In this document: piece after piece, positions 29,434-38,648 of the stretch | How positions within the stretch are numbered: position 1 is the first letter of the stretch | Layout of the letters: every line of letters starts with the position of its first letter | Source of the DNA: a virus | DNA: 64,000 nucleotides | Reading direction: 5' to 3' (one strand) | Virus record (IMG/VR): IMGVR_UViG_3300021964_000018 | Coordinates: 77,039-141,038 of that record | Notes under the pieces: generated by a model | Told to the model about the DNA's origin: nothing | Database searches by the model: none | The model's input: the letters and a program-made list of their open reading frames with translations, nothing else | Made by a program: the position numbers and the translations under genes

Positions 29434-29646
29434 GTGAGGTGTTTTATGGAAAAACAAAACAATATTATTCCAAATAAAGAATTAACATATAACGAGCTGA
29501 TGTCATTATCAGAAGATCAATTAAGAGAATTATTTCTTTTAACTCGATCAAAAATCATTACCGGTCAAAAGTTTAAAAAAGATACTACAGAAATTGAAAT
29601 TTATAATTGCTATATTACTAAAGCAATTGAAGATAAAGCCAGATAA
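29434..29646 (+). CDS. Hypothetical protein
   Basis: ORF track; true start probably the ATG following SD GAGG. Confidence 0.55.
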   Translation: MRCFMEKQNNIIPNKELTYNELMSLSEDQLRELFLLTRSKIITGQKFKKDTTEIEIYNCYITKAIEDKAR

Positions 29647-29671
29647 CTAAAAATTAAATTTGTAAATTTTT

Positions 29672-29700
29672 AAGCTAACTTGTGTAAGTTAGCTTTTTTT
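29672..29700 (+). terminator. Terminator hairpin overlapping the sigma promoter -35
   Basis: AAGCTAACTT-gtgt-AAGTTAGCTT plus T run. Confidence 0.7.
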
Positions 29701-29710
29701 ATGTTATAAT
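29683..29710 (+). promoter_or_regulatory. TGTAAG-N16-TATAAT promoter of sigma gene
   Basis: Motif and spacing. Confidence 0.65.
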
Positions 29711-29737
29711 AATATTGTAAAAACCAAAGGAGAAAAA

Positions 29738-30484
29738 TTGAGTTATAATACAGCAATTAATAATTATTTTAAAAGTATAAGAAACATTCCTTTACTTACA
29801 AAACAACAAGAAATAGAGCTCGCAAAAAAGATTGAGCAAGGAGACATAAAAGCAAAAAAGAAAATGGTTGAATCAAACTTAAGGCTAGCAATATCAGTTG
29901 CTAAAAAATATGCCAAATACGGATCTAGTTTAGAAGATTTAATTCAAGAATCCAATATTGGTTTAATTAAGGCAGTTGAAAAGTTTGATTGGCGGAAAGG
30001 TTATAAATTTTCAACATATGCAACTTGGTGGATTAAACAAGCAGCAACACGTCATTTAACAGCAAATAATACTTTATTAAAAGTTCCATCTCATACAATT
30101 GCAAATGCAAGTAAAGTTTGGAAACTGATTCAGTCTTATCAAGAAGAATTTAATACAGAGCCTACAATTGAAGAAATTTCCGAGATTCTTAACATACCAG
30201 AAAAACACGTTAAGCAGGCAATTGAATCTTTAAAAACGCGTCATTTAAAATCAATCGACAAACCTGTTAGTGATGAAAACAACAGGACTTTAGGAGATAT
30301 TCTTCCAGATAATGCACCAAGCATTGAAACATTAATGGATCAAGAAATTATCAGACAACAAATAGTTACTGCATTTAAATCTTTATCTAAACGAGAAGAA
30401 ATTGTTTTAAGATTAAGATTTGGAATAACTGATATTGATACTAATAATAATGAAATACATGAAATTAATAACGAGGAGGAATAA
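29738..30484 (+). CDS. RpoD-like sigma-70 factor, regions 1.2-4.1 (lacks 4.2 HTH)
   Basis: [61 protein letters not shown] then stop. Confidence 0.9.
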   Translation: MSYNTAINNYFKSIRNIPLLTKQQEIELAKKIEQGDIKAKKKMVESNLRLAISVAKKYAKYGSSLEDLIQESNIGLIKAVEKFDWRKGYKFSTYATWWIKQAATRHLTANNTLLKVPSHTIANASKVWKLIQSYQEEFNTEPTIEEISEILNIPEKHVKQAIESLKTRHLKSIDKPVSDENNRTLGDILPDNAPSIETLMDQEIIRQQIVTAFKSLSKREEIVLRLRFGITDIDTNNNEIHEINNEEE

Positions 30485-30487
30485 GAT

Positions 30488-30796
30488 ATGTCAATGCCAA
30501 AAGGATATAAAAAAGAAACAGGTTATGGAACAACAAAAGCATTAGGAGGTTTATCTTATCATGCAATTGCTAATGAAATGAATGAAAGAAACTATAAAAT
30601 GAACCATTCGACTGCAAGAAATTTATTTGTAAACGCATTGATGAAAATCGCAGAAAACATATGTAATGTTTATAATCAAAAGTTTGATCAAGAAAAAATT
30701 AAAAAGATTGCAATCGATCCAAGATTTCAAGAATCAGTTGCAGAATACATGAGAGAAATTGAATATGAAGCTGAATCACGAGATACTAATAAATAA
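30488..30796 (+). CDS. Sigma region 4.2-like HTH protein
   Basis: LSYHAIANEM...NHSTARNLFVNALMKI resembles TLEEIG...TRERIRQIE.KAL.KL; own SD GAGGAGG. Confidence 0.6.
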   Translation: MSMPKGYKKETGYGTTKALGGLSYHAIANEMNERNYKMNHSTARNLFVNALMKIAENICNVYNQKFDQEKIKKIAIDPRFQESVAEYMREIEYEAESRDTNK

Positions 30797-31034
30797 TATT
30801 GCCAAAGAAACAGAACTTTTAGAGTCATTAGAATGGGATTATGAAGTTTTAGATGAATTATATAAATATTTAGATATTCACTTTTCAGGTGATAGTATTA
30901 TTACACCTGATTTAATTCTTCAAGAAGTCAAAGAAAAGTTTGGTGAAGAGTGCGAAAAAGTTTTACGTAAATTATTTGTTGAGGTATCTATAACAAATGG
31001 ATTACACATATATGACCCAGACATTGAAAATTAA
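30759..31034 (+). CDS. Hypothetical protein
   Basis: ORF track. Confidence 0.6.
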   Translation: MNMKLNHEILINNIAKETELLESLEWDYEVLDELYKYLDIHFSGDSIITPDLILQEVKEKFGEECEKVLRKLFVEVSITNGLHIYDPDIEN

Positions 31035-31188
31035 ACCAGGCGATTTAGTTAAAAATATAACAATCAAAAAGAAAGAAAAAAGAGTTGGCGTTTTATTATC
31101 AAATTATTTTAAAGAGACTGACTGGTTTTATGTTCTTTGTGATGGCAAAAAAGAACGCTGGCATATAAGTAATATAGTTTTAGTATAA
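30997..31188 (+). CDS. Small SH3/KOW-like hypothetical protein
   Basis: IKPGDLVK...GVLL...YVL pattern; start uncertain. Confidence 0.5.
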   Translation: MDYTYMTQTLKIKPGDLVKNITIKKKEKRVGVLLSNYFKETDWFYVLCDGKKERWHISNIVLV

Positions 31189-31205
31189 TATTTTGGAGAT
31201 AAATT

Positions 31206-31541
31206 ATGGGAACACATTGGCCGAAACCAGGGTTAAATAGTGTAGCTGAATATCAAGCTTCTGGCTACGCTTTGCCATTAACAGGATCAACAAACATTAG
31301 GTACCTTAAATATGTTGCCAGTTCAATAACATTCACAGAAGCAACCGGATCTTTTACAGTGTATGATTCGGCAGGTAATGCTTCAGAAGCAGCAACAATT
31401 ACATCAGCTTGTACTTTTAAAGGAAAGTTTTTAACTTTCATATCAACAAAAGATTGTATTGTTGAATTGACAAATATCCCGTCAGCATCGTACGGTGAGC
31501 ATAATCATATTTCTGCATCTTTTAGCGATGCTCCTTTCTAA
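31206..31541 (+). CDS. Putative virion protein; paralog of 38244..38648
   Basis: PGLNSVAEYQASG vs RGLGHVPSYQSSA; LTNI vs LTDI near C-terminus. Confidence 0.6.
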   Translation: MGTHWPKPGLNSVAEYQASGYALPLTGSTNIRYLKYVASSITFTEATGSFTVYDSAGNASEAATITSACTFKGKFLTFISTKDCIVELTNIPSASYGEHNHISASFSDAPF

Positions 31542-31558
31542 TAATAACAGAGGTTAAG

Positions 31559-31843
31559 ATATTTCCCCTAAAATTATTTCCAGGCGACTTAGTTGAAATA
31601 GAAAAAGCATCATTTATATTGTGTTGTACTAGGCAAGCTGTATCACATGATTGGATTGGGAGGGCGTTAGATCGCCCTTTGCTTTTTGGTTTGATTTTAG
31701 AAAAAGGGGAAAAGTCTTTTATGAAAGTTGTCTATGACGACGAATGGATGTCAACTGATAAAGAACAAAAAATTATGTACAAAGTTTATGTTCTTGGTAA
31801 AATAGTAAAATTAGATGAACGCTCTTTTGGAGAAAAATTGTGA
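31559..31843 (+). CDS. Small SH3/KOW-like hypothetical protein, possible ATA start
   Basis: Frame extends upstream of TTG 31619 through LKLFPGDLVEI to ATA 31559 after SD GAGG. Confidence 0.45.
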   Translation: MFPLKLFPGDLVEIEKASFILCCTRQAVSHDWIGRALDRPLLFGLILEKGEKSFMKVVYDDEWMSTDKEQKIMYKVYVLGKIVKLDERSFGEKL

Positions 31844-32295
31844 GTAAAAAGAAAAAGAAAATAGTTGCAGTATCTGGTGGTTTCGATCCAATTCATATCG
31901 GGCATGTTAGAATGATACAGGATGCAAGAAAATTAGGGAACGTTATTGTATTCTTAAACACAGACGAATGGCTTAAAAGAAAAAAAGGTTATGTTTTTAT
32001 GCCTTGGGAAGAAAGAGCAGAAATACTTTTAGGTATTAAAGGTGTAAAAGAAGTCTATTCAGCAATGGATGATGATGATACTGTTTGTGAAGCTCTCAAG
32101 TTTTATAAACCGGAGGTGTTTGCAAACGGTGGGGATAGAAAACCTGGTCATGTACCAGAATATCAAATATGTGAAGAGTTAGGAATTGAAATGGCATTTT
32201 CAGTGGGAGGTGATGATAAACCTCAATCTTCTTCATGGTTAGTTGACAAAGCAAAATATGCTAAAATCGATCATGGCGATGGGATTGTATTTTAA
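31840..32295 (+). CDS. Cytidylyltransferase/adenylyltransferase (HIGH family, TagD/RfaE-like)
   Basis: SGGFDPIHIGH, ERAEIL, FANGGDR, QSSS. Confidence 0.9.
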   Translation: MSKKKKKIVAVSGGFDPIHIGHVRMIQDARKLGNVIVFLNTDEWLKRKKGYVFMPWEERAEILLGIKGVKEVYSAMDDDDTVCEALKFYKPEVFANGGDRKPGHVPEYQICEELGIEMAFSVGGDDKPQSSSWLVDKAKYAKIDHGDGIVF

Positions 32296-33077
32296 TGAAT
32301 AAATTATTTTTATTTGACATGGACGGAACCTTAACACCGGCCAGAAAGAAAATGAATCACAGCGTATTGACTGCATTGGAAGCATTACAAATGTCAGGTT
32401 GGGATATAGGAATAATTAGCGGTTCAGATTATGAATACATAGAACAACAGTGTAGTTTATTATTTGATCTTACGCCTATTGACGTTACAAAAATACATTT
32501 TCTACCTTGCAACGGAACAAAATATTACTATAGCTTCAAAAAAGTTTGGGAATATGATATGCGTTCAAAGTTAGGTTCTAGTTTCATGAATAACATATAT
32601 CGTAAATTATTAGAATATCAAAATACAATTGTTTCTTTATATAATCAAGATATTCCTTTAACAGGTAATTTTTTTCAAATGAGAGGTTCTGTTTTAAACT
32701 GGTGTCCGATTGGTCGTAATGCATTACCTGAAGACAGAGAAAAATGGGTTGAAATAGACAGAAAAAAAGGAATTAGGGAATTATTCATATCAATTTTTAA
32801 TAAAGTATATGATCCTAATTTAATTACGATTAAACTTGGCGGAGAAACTAGTTTTGACATCTACCCAAAAGGATGGAATAAAACATTTCCGCTAGACAAA
32901 GAACCTTTTTTAAATTATCAAAAAATATATTTTGCAGGAGATAGATGTTTTAAATCAGGTAATGATGAAGAATTGTATAGATGTTTAAAAGCAAAAAAGA
33001 ATTGCAATGCATTTCAGGTAAATAAACCAGAAGACACAATAGAATTAATAGAAAAAGTAATTCGGGAGAAAAATTGA
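32295..33077 (+). CDS. Eukaryotic-type phosphomannomutase (HAD-IIB)
   Basis: LFDMDGTLTPAR, LNWCPIGRNA, GGETSFDIYPKGWNKT, GDRCFKSGND. Confidence 0.85.
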   Translation: MNKLFLFDMDGTLTPARKKMNHSVLTALEALQMSGWDIGIISGSDYEYIEQQCSLLFDLTPIDVTKIHFLPCNGTKYYYSFKKVWEYDMRSKLGSSFMNNIYRKLLEYQNTIVSLYNQDIPLTGNFFQMRGSVLNWCPIGRNALPEDREKWVEIDRKKGIRELFISIFNKVYDPNLITIKLGGETSFDIYPKGWNKTFPLDKEPFLNYQKIYFAGDRCFKSGNDEELYRCLKAKKNCNAFQVNKPEDTIELIEKVIREKN

Positions 33078-33268
33078 AAAAAGAAGAAGTAGAAAAGTTA
33101 GTTAGTTTACGTCAATTATTAGTTGAAAAATTTTCAAAATTAAGAGATTATAAAAGTAATACAAATGCAATCATGAAAGAATTTGATCATGCACAAGTAT
33201 TACACAAGACAATCGTAGAAATAGATGGACTTTTAAAAGATTATGTAAGTTTTTCAGATAAAAAATAA
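33074..33268 (+). CDS. Hypothetical protein
   Basis: ORF track; SD GGGAG. Confidence 0.6.
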   Translation: MKKEEVEKLVSLRQLLVEKFSKLRDYKSNTNAIMKEFDHAQVLHKTIVEIDGLLKDYVSFSDKK

Positions 33269-33290
33269 AAACTTATTACAAGATTGTTTC

Positions 33291-33325
33291 AACCCCTCAT
33301 ATGTAAAAATATGGGGGGTTTTTTT
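33291..33325 (+). terminator. Hairpin plus T run directly before the lipoprotein start codon
   Basis: AACCCCTCATAT-gtaaaa-ATATGGGGGGTT-TTTTT; 3' arm contains the G-rich SD. Confidence 0.55.
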
Positions 33326-34900
33326 ATGTTGTTTTCTTTTTTAATGCTATACTTGGGTTGTAATGATTCTACATTAATGAAAGTCGTAGAACAAAAAACT
33401 GACATTATTGTACATCCTCAAGAATTATTCTTTGGACATATCGAATCCGGACAAGAATCCGGGGAAGAAATGTTTTCAATCATGAATACAGGAAACGCTG
33501 TACTTTATGTTGAGCCGGTCTTAATGGACGGAAGTACGAGATATATCATTCCTGAATTTGAAAATGAACAGCTTATAATACAACCAGGGGAAATATTAGA
33601 TGTTCCTGTCGCTTATCTGCCAATCACCTACGAACATAATGGTGCAGTAGTTAAGGTATTGTCAAATGACGAAGATAACCCGGAAATATTTGTCAGATTA
33701 GAAGGATATGGTGATGCACCAAAAATAGAGGTCAATCCGGAATATGTTGATTATGGAGATATTTCAATTGGCTGTGATAATGAATATCGTGTGACGATTA
33801 AAAATATCGGTAATTTAGAACTAGAAATTGAAGATGTTATACAAATGACAACATTGCCTAATGATATTAATATTGATTACGGCAGTCTACCTGAACCTCC
33901 TTGGGAGTTGTCACAAAATGAAGAGATAGACCTTTTAATAAAATATACTCCAAATGATATTGGTCTAGACGAAAGTATTGTTAAAATTAATAGCAATGAT
34001 CCAATTAATGAAAGCTTAGAAATAGTACAGGAAGGAAATGGGGATGTTGAGCACTGGATAATTCAAGAATGGATTCAAGAAGAAGAAATGATTTATGATA
34101 TTCTTTGGATTATTGACAATAGCGGATCGATGAATACATTTCAAACCCGCCTATCAGCAAACATGGCAAATTTTATGTCATATATAAATGCATCTGGTAA
34201 TGTAAATTTTAGAATGGGTTTCATAACAACAGATCAATATCAATTAGTTGCAGCTTATATTGACAATAATACCCCTAATGTTAATGTTGCAGCTGCTAAT
34301 ATCGTTGACAGTATAGGAATTCACGGATCAGGTACTGAGAAGGGTTTAGAAAAAGCAGCATTAGCACTGGAATATTTTACTTTGACAGGTACATTTTTAA
34401 GAGAAGATGCTAACTTAATTATGATATTTGTTTCTGACGAATATGACTATTCTCCGCATGGAACTGCTGTTTATATTAATGATTATTTATCTTATAAATC
34501 TTCAGATAAAATAAAGGCATATGCAGTTATTGGTGATCCTCCAACTGGATGTCAAACTTCAAACGGTACTTGGAGCGTAAATGCACACTTTGGTGTTGAA
34601 TATTATGATGTTGCAATGGCTTTGGGAGGGAGTTGGTATTCGATATGTGAATATGATTGGTCAAATAATATGACAAATTTGGCACAAGATATTACAATTA
34701 AATCTTCATTTGGATTAGAAGAACCTGATCCGATTGTTGATACAATTGAAGTTTATGTTAATGGACAACTAGTAACGTCAGGATGGAGTTATGACCCGGC
34801 AGAAAATTGGATACGTTTTGATCAAAATAATATTCCTGCAGGAGGTCAAACAATAAGAATTGAATATGCAACTTATGGTTGCGGAGAAATTGAACAATGA
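33326..34900 (+). CDS. Lipoprotein with tandem Ig-like (choice-of-anchor D-like) domains and a vWA domain
   Basis: Lipobox YLGC; two Ig-like repeats (N.G...L.I..SND); MIDAS DNSGS; FVSDE. Confidence 0.8.
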   Translation: MLFSFLMLYLGCNDSTLMKVVEQKTDIIVHPQELFFGHIESGQESGEEMFSIMNTGNAVLYVEPVLMDGSTRYIIPEFENEQLIIQPGEILDVPVAYLPITYEHNGAVVKVLSNDEDNPEIFVRLEGYGDAPKIEVNPEYVDYGDISIGCDNEYRVTIKNIGNLELEIEDVIQMTTLPNDINIDYGSLPEPPWELSQNEEIDLLIKYTPNDIGLDESIVKINSNDPINESLEIVQEGNGDVEHWIIQEWIQEEEMIYDILWIIDNSGSMNTFQTRLSANMANFMSYINASGNVNFRMGFITTDQYQLVAAYIDNNTPNVNVAAANIVDSIGIHGSGTEKGLEKAALALEYFTLTGTFLREDANLIMIFVSDEYDYSPHGTAVYINDYLSYKSSDKIKAYAVIGDPPTGCQTSNGTWSVNAHFGVEYYDVAMALGGSWYSICEYDWSNNMTNLAQDITIKSSFGLEEPDPIVDTIEVYVNGQLVTSGWSYDPAENWIRFDQNNIPAGGQTIRIEYATYGCGEIEQ

Positions 34901-35385
34901 AAGCTATTGCGAGTTTTCTTTTCTTTTTATCTGTCGCATGTGTATTTTCAGTAGGAAAACATGCAAAAACATTACCGGCTTATATTTGGGATATGCCTCC
35001 GTCAATTGTGAATTGTATCGACAAAGAAGATATGAACCCAAAATTATTTGATGATGCTGTTAAATTTTGGGAATCATATGGTCATGAATTCTTGTTCAAG
35101 GAAAACAATAAAAGTGACATATGTGAATCAGATTACCCTTATGGTTTTATTATTGTAAAAGTATCATATGATTTAGAATATTATATTTTAGGGCAAACAG
35201 AAAAAATATATAGAAAACCAACAAATAAAATGAAGGGTTCGATAATTTATTTAAATTATTATTATATCGACGATGGTTTAATCCTTGCTCATGAAATTGG
35301 GCATGCTTTAGGATATAAACATGTAGATCAGATAGGACATATTATGAATCCAATGAGGCCTAACGCCGATTATTACTTTTATTAA
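34897..35385 (+). CDS. Matrixin-family zinc metalloprotease
   Basis: HEIGHALGYKH plus Met-turn IMNP; signal peptide. Confidence 0.85.
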   Translation: MKAIASFLFFLSVACVFSVGKHAKTLPAYIWDMPPSIVNCIDKEDMNPKLFDDAVKFWESYGHEFLFKENNKSDICESDYPYGFIIVKVSYDLEYYILGQTEKIYRKPTNKMKGSIIYLNYYYIDDGLILAHEIGHALGYKHVDQIGHIMNPMRPNADYYFY

Positions 35386-35945
35386 ATATGATATCCGTTA
35401 TCTGTTCCAGCATCGTAAAAATAAAAACCTGCTCCATTTGATTGCCATGTTCCAGCATCCCTTCTAAACTCAACTGTGCAAGTTCCTGGGCCAGTGTTGT
35501 TGGCAGCAAAAATACAGATAGGATAATAAATTCCTGCATTTAGCGTAATGTTTCCACTGGTTCTAGTTTGAGGGAGGTGCACCCCGCCATTATCGACAGT
35601 AGCATCAGCATTCACCATGTTTGCATTTGTTTGCTGTGCAGCATTTCTTGGTTCTCCGGTGTCTTCCCTATTAATCCAAAGAAATGATGCATCATCAGAA
35701 TTAGTTCTAAATTGCCAAGTAGTGGAGTCTTGATCGGGAAGAAAATAACCACGCCATATAACTGCATCAGTTGTAGATATTGTAAAAGAATTTATGGAAG
35801 TACTTACACTTTCTGCATCCGGGTCTCCTCCTGAAGCTGCAATTGCAGCTGGATCTGCATAATACGCATCGTGCCAAGCTTGATAATACAAACCGGCTGT
35901 ATAAACTCTTATCTGTCCAGGATTTTGTATTTGATTAATAATCAT
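35382..35945 (-). CDS. PA14/GLEYA-like carbohydrate-binding protein
   Basis: WRGYF, FRTNSDDASFLWI, DNGGVH, ITLNAGIYYPI. Confidence 0.75.
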   Translation of the reverse strand: MIINQIQNPGQIRVYTAGLYYQAWHDAYYADPAAIAASGGDPDAESVSTSINSFTISTTDAVIWRGYFLPDQDSTTWQFRTNSDDASFLWINREDTGEPRNAAQQTNANMVNADATVDNGGVHLPQTRTSGNITLNAGIYYPICIFAANNTGPGTCTVEFRRDAGTWQSNGAGFYFYDAGTDNGYHI

Positions 35946-38179
35946 AAAGATCTCCTGTAATATAATATTACTTTTAATCCTCTGGCTCCGGTTCCTGCGG
36001 TATCAACATCAATTGTTATTTGATCATCATCGTTAATTGTAGTTGTTGTAAGTGCAGCTGCTGTTGTTGCCGATGTTGAAGTTCCTTCATCAGCATCGAT
36101 AGTGAGCTTATTTGTAGTCATGATCGTTGTTCCGTCAACATTAATGTCTACAGTTGTCCCGCTTGTGCCATTTGTTGACAAACTGGCACGAGGTATTTGA
36201 TAGAGTTCCATTCCGAAAGGAGCACGAAGTGTAACTAAACCTGTACCTGTTTGTAAATCTGTGTTATCTGCTGAAACTGTGATCATCATAAAATCTTGAA
36301 TGCTAGCTGTTTGTTCAACTTGTAGGCTACCGCTGATTAACATAGCGCCACCAAAAACAGACATGTCTTGACCGGTTCCTATAGAACCTGACACGTAAAA
36401 ATTAGTATCACTCGGTAGGTCAGTCGCTGATGCATTACCATCTGATTGTCCTACTTCAAATTTTACCTTTCCGTCATCAAAAACTCGAAAAGGAAAAGTA
36501 TAAGGATCCTCACCTACATTTGTTCTTTGTTGAAGATAAAAATCAGCGCCTCTACCTGGAGAAATATAAATATGCTCTGCTTGCTGGTATGCAAAATATG
36601 CGTTATATGATGTTCCGTCATCAGCATTTTTAAACTGAATAAAGCTAATTTCTGATTCTCCTTTTTGAAAGATTAAATCAGAACCATTGTCTATTTTAAC
36701 ATTGCCACTAACTACTAAATCTCCACCAAACAATGACGTACCGGAAGTACCTGTACCACCTATTGATCCGGATACGTAAAAGAAAACATCAGCTCCCGGA
36801 TCAGCAATGTTGGAATGCATATCATTAATTTGTATTTGTTCTCCAGCAAGAAAAGTATTGTTTTCACCACTTAAAAATAAGTCTAACGTACTCATTCCTA
36901 ATTGATCATCTTTACCTGTTACAGTTCCTGACAGAACAAGATTTCCTCCGGAATCTAAATCCATCAATTTAGTGCCAGTAGTGTTTAAATTTCCCATTCC
37001 ATTTGCGTTATAATAAGGAATATTGTTTTTCCATTCAAATCCAGCTGTATTATATTGAGAAAAGAATACTATTTTTTGGTCATTGTCTGTCACAGTTCCG
37101 TTAAGTGCCATTCCTCCAAAATGTGAGCCAGTTTTATGTAATGTAAACATAACATTTTCTATAGCTGAATTATTCGAGATATAAGTTAAACCTTCACCAC
37201 TAGTATAATTTCCTAAAATAGGATTGTCTTTATTAATCGCAATCCCAAAACCACCCTGATCATAAATTGGGTGTGTTCCTCCTAATTGTAATGATTCGAA
37301 TGCTTTTAGATTATTTCCTTGAATATTCTCAAATCGATAGTTAGAACCACCTAAAGAAGCACCACCATCTGTAATTGGAATAATACCAGCAGAACCAACA
37401 ACCAATTGATCCTGAACAGTCACTTGGTTGTTATAACATTCAATTGCAATATTATCAATATCCCCTTCTTTTGTTACGTAAAATCTTAATCTTCCATCTC
37501 CATCGCTATCTGTTGTTGTATAAATCATTGCGGATCTTTTAAGTGTTGATGAACCTGTGTGAGCAAAGAATTGGATTCTTGCAATCTCATCATTTGTGTT
37601 GACACCGGTTGGAGAACTTGGTGTTCCTCTGGCTTTCGCGAAACTCCAATATGCACCACCAACAGAATCCGCAGCGGAGTCTATAGAGAAGCTTGCCGCG
37701 TCTGTTGCATCTCCAACTACATGAAACTTATGCTCAGGACCAGTTATAGAAACCCACTGATCACTTGCGTTTCTACCTCCGCCTAAGTCAGTTCCAACTC
37801 CTATAGCTTCTTTTGAGATAAGTGATCCGGAAACCTTTAGATTAAAACTTGAATCAATAAGAATTCCGTTATTTCCTGCAAAAGATCCATCATCATTAAA
37901 TTGAACATGTCTGTCTAAACCGCCTGGTGTAACTGCACCTGATCCTGTTTGGGCTGTTTGGAATGTAAGATTGCCTGCGCCATCTGTTGTAAGCACTTGA
38001 TTTGCATTTCCGTCTGTTGATGGAAAAGTATATGCATCTTCAATGCTTAATGAACCTTGTTTAATTGCAACTGATCCTGTTACGACTAAGGACGGAGTAT
38101 CTGTTCCAGCTGAACCGGTTACAATAACACCTTCTCCGAAACGCATAGTTGCAGTTCCCATATTTTTTATTTTTGCCAT
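35942..38179 (-). CDS. Tail fibre / receptor-binding-like protein
   Basis: G/S/T-rich; DGNANQVLTTDGAGNLTF, VQFNDDGSFAG; repeated FYVSGSIG...FGG....SG. Confidence 0.7.
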   Translation of the reverse strand: MAKIKNMGTATMRFGEGVIVTGSAGTDTPSLVVTGSVAIKQGSLSIEDAYTFPSTDGNANQVLTTDGAGNLTFQTAQTGSGAVTPGGLDRHVQFNDDGSFAGNNGILIDSSFNLKVSGSLISKEAIGVGTDLGGGRNASDQWVSITGPEHKFHVVGDATDAASFSIDSAADSVGGAYWSFAKARGTPSSPTGVNTNDEIARIQFFAHTGSSTLKRSAMIYTTTDSDGDGRLRFYVTKEGDIDNIAIECYNNQVTVQDQLVVGSAGIIPITDGGASLGGSNYRFENIQGNNLKAFESLQLGGTHPIYDQGGFGIAINKDNPILGNYTSGEGLTYISNNSAIENVMFTLHKTGSHFGGMALNGTVTDNDQKIVFFSQYNTAGFEWKNNIPYYNANGMGNLNTTGTKLMDLDSGGNLVLSGTVTGKDDQLGMSTLDLFLSGENNTFLAGEQIQINDMHSNIADPGADVFFYVSGSIGGTGTSGTSLFGGDLVVSGNVKIDNGSDLIFQKGESEISFIQFKNADDGTSYNAYFAYQQAEHIYISPGRGADFYLQQRTNVGEDPYTFPFRVFDDGKVKFEVGQSDGNASATDLPSDTNFYVSGSIGTGQDMSVFGGAMLISGSLQVEQTASIQDFMMITVSADNTDLQTGTGLVTLRAPFGMELYQIPRASLSTNGTSGTTVDINVDGTTIMTTNKLTIDADEGTSTSATTAAALTTTTINDDDQITIDVDTAGTGARGLKVILYYRRSL

Positions 38180-38243
38180 TTTAACTCCACTTTAAGTATA
38201 ATTATTATTTAAGAATTATAAATTAATTAAAATGAGTTAGAAG

Positions 38244-38648
38244 ATGTATTTAAATATGCCTCGCGGGCTAGGACATGTTCCTTCCTATCAGTCATCCGCT
38301 GTTCCTTATCTTACGAGTTCTTTAATTGTTCCCGGGACAAATAATGAACCAATAGAAGTATCTTTTCCAAACGTAACTAGATTTATAATCATAACAAATA
38401 CTTACGATGGTGATCAAAATATTCCCTTAAGGTTTGGGTTTAGCGCTAACGGAATTAAAGGCGTTGAAAATAATAATTACGCAATACTAAACAATGGAGA
38501 AAGCTTTGAAGCAGATTTTAGAGTTTCAAAAGTTTTTTTGTTGAGCGATTCAGTTTTTTCTACATCCGGATCTATTGTAGCCGGATTAACTGACATTAAA
38601 GAAAATTTATTACCCAATAATTGGACAGGTTCTGCCGGGATAGGATAA
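38244..38648 (+). CDS. Putative virion protein; paralog of 31206..31541
   Basis: GLGHVPSYQSSAVPYLTSS N-terminal motif. Confidence 0.65.
   Translation: MYLNMPRGLGHVPSYQSSAVPYLTSSLIVPGTNNEPIEVSFPNVTRFIIITNTYDGDQNIPLRFGFSANGIKGVENNNYAILNNGESFEADFRVSKVFLLSDSVFSTSGSIVAGLTDIKENLLPNNWTGSAGIG

Noticed and set aside
32295-33077. Eukaryotic giant-virus origin suggested by the PMM
   Set aside because: SD sites, sigma-70, DnaE, tmRNA and a lipobox indicate a bacterial host
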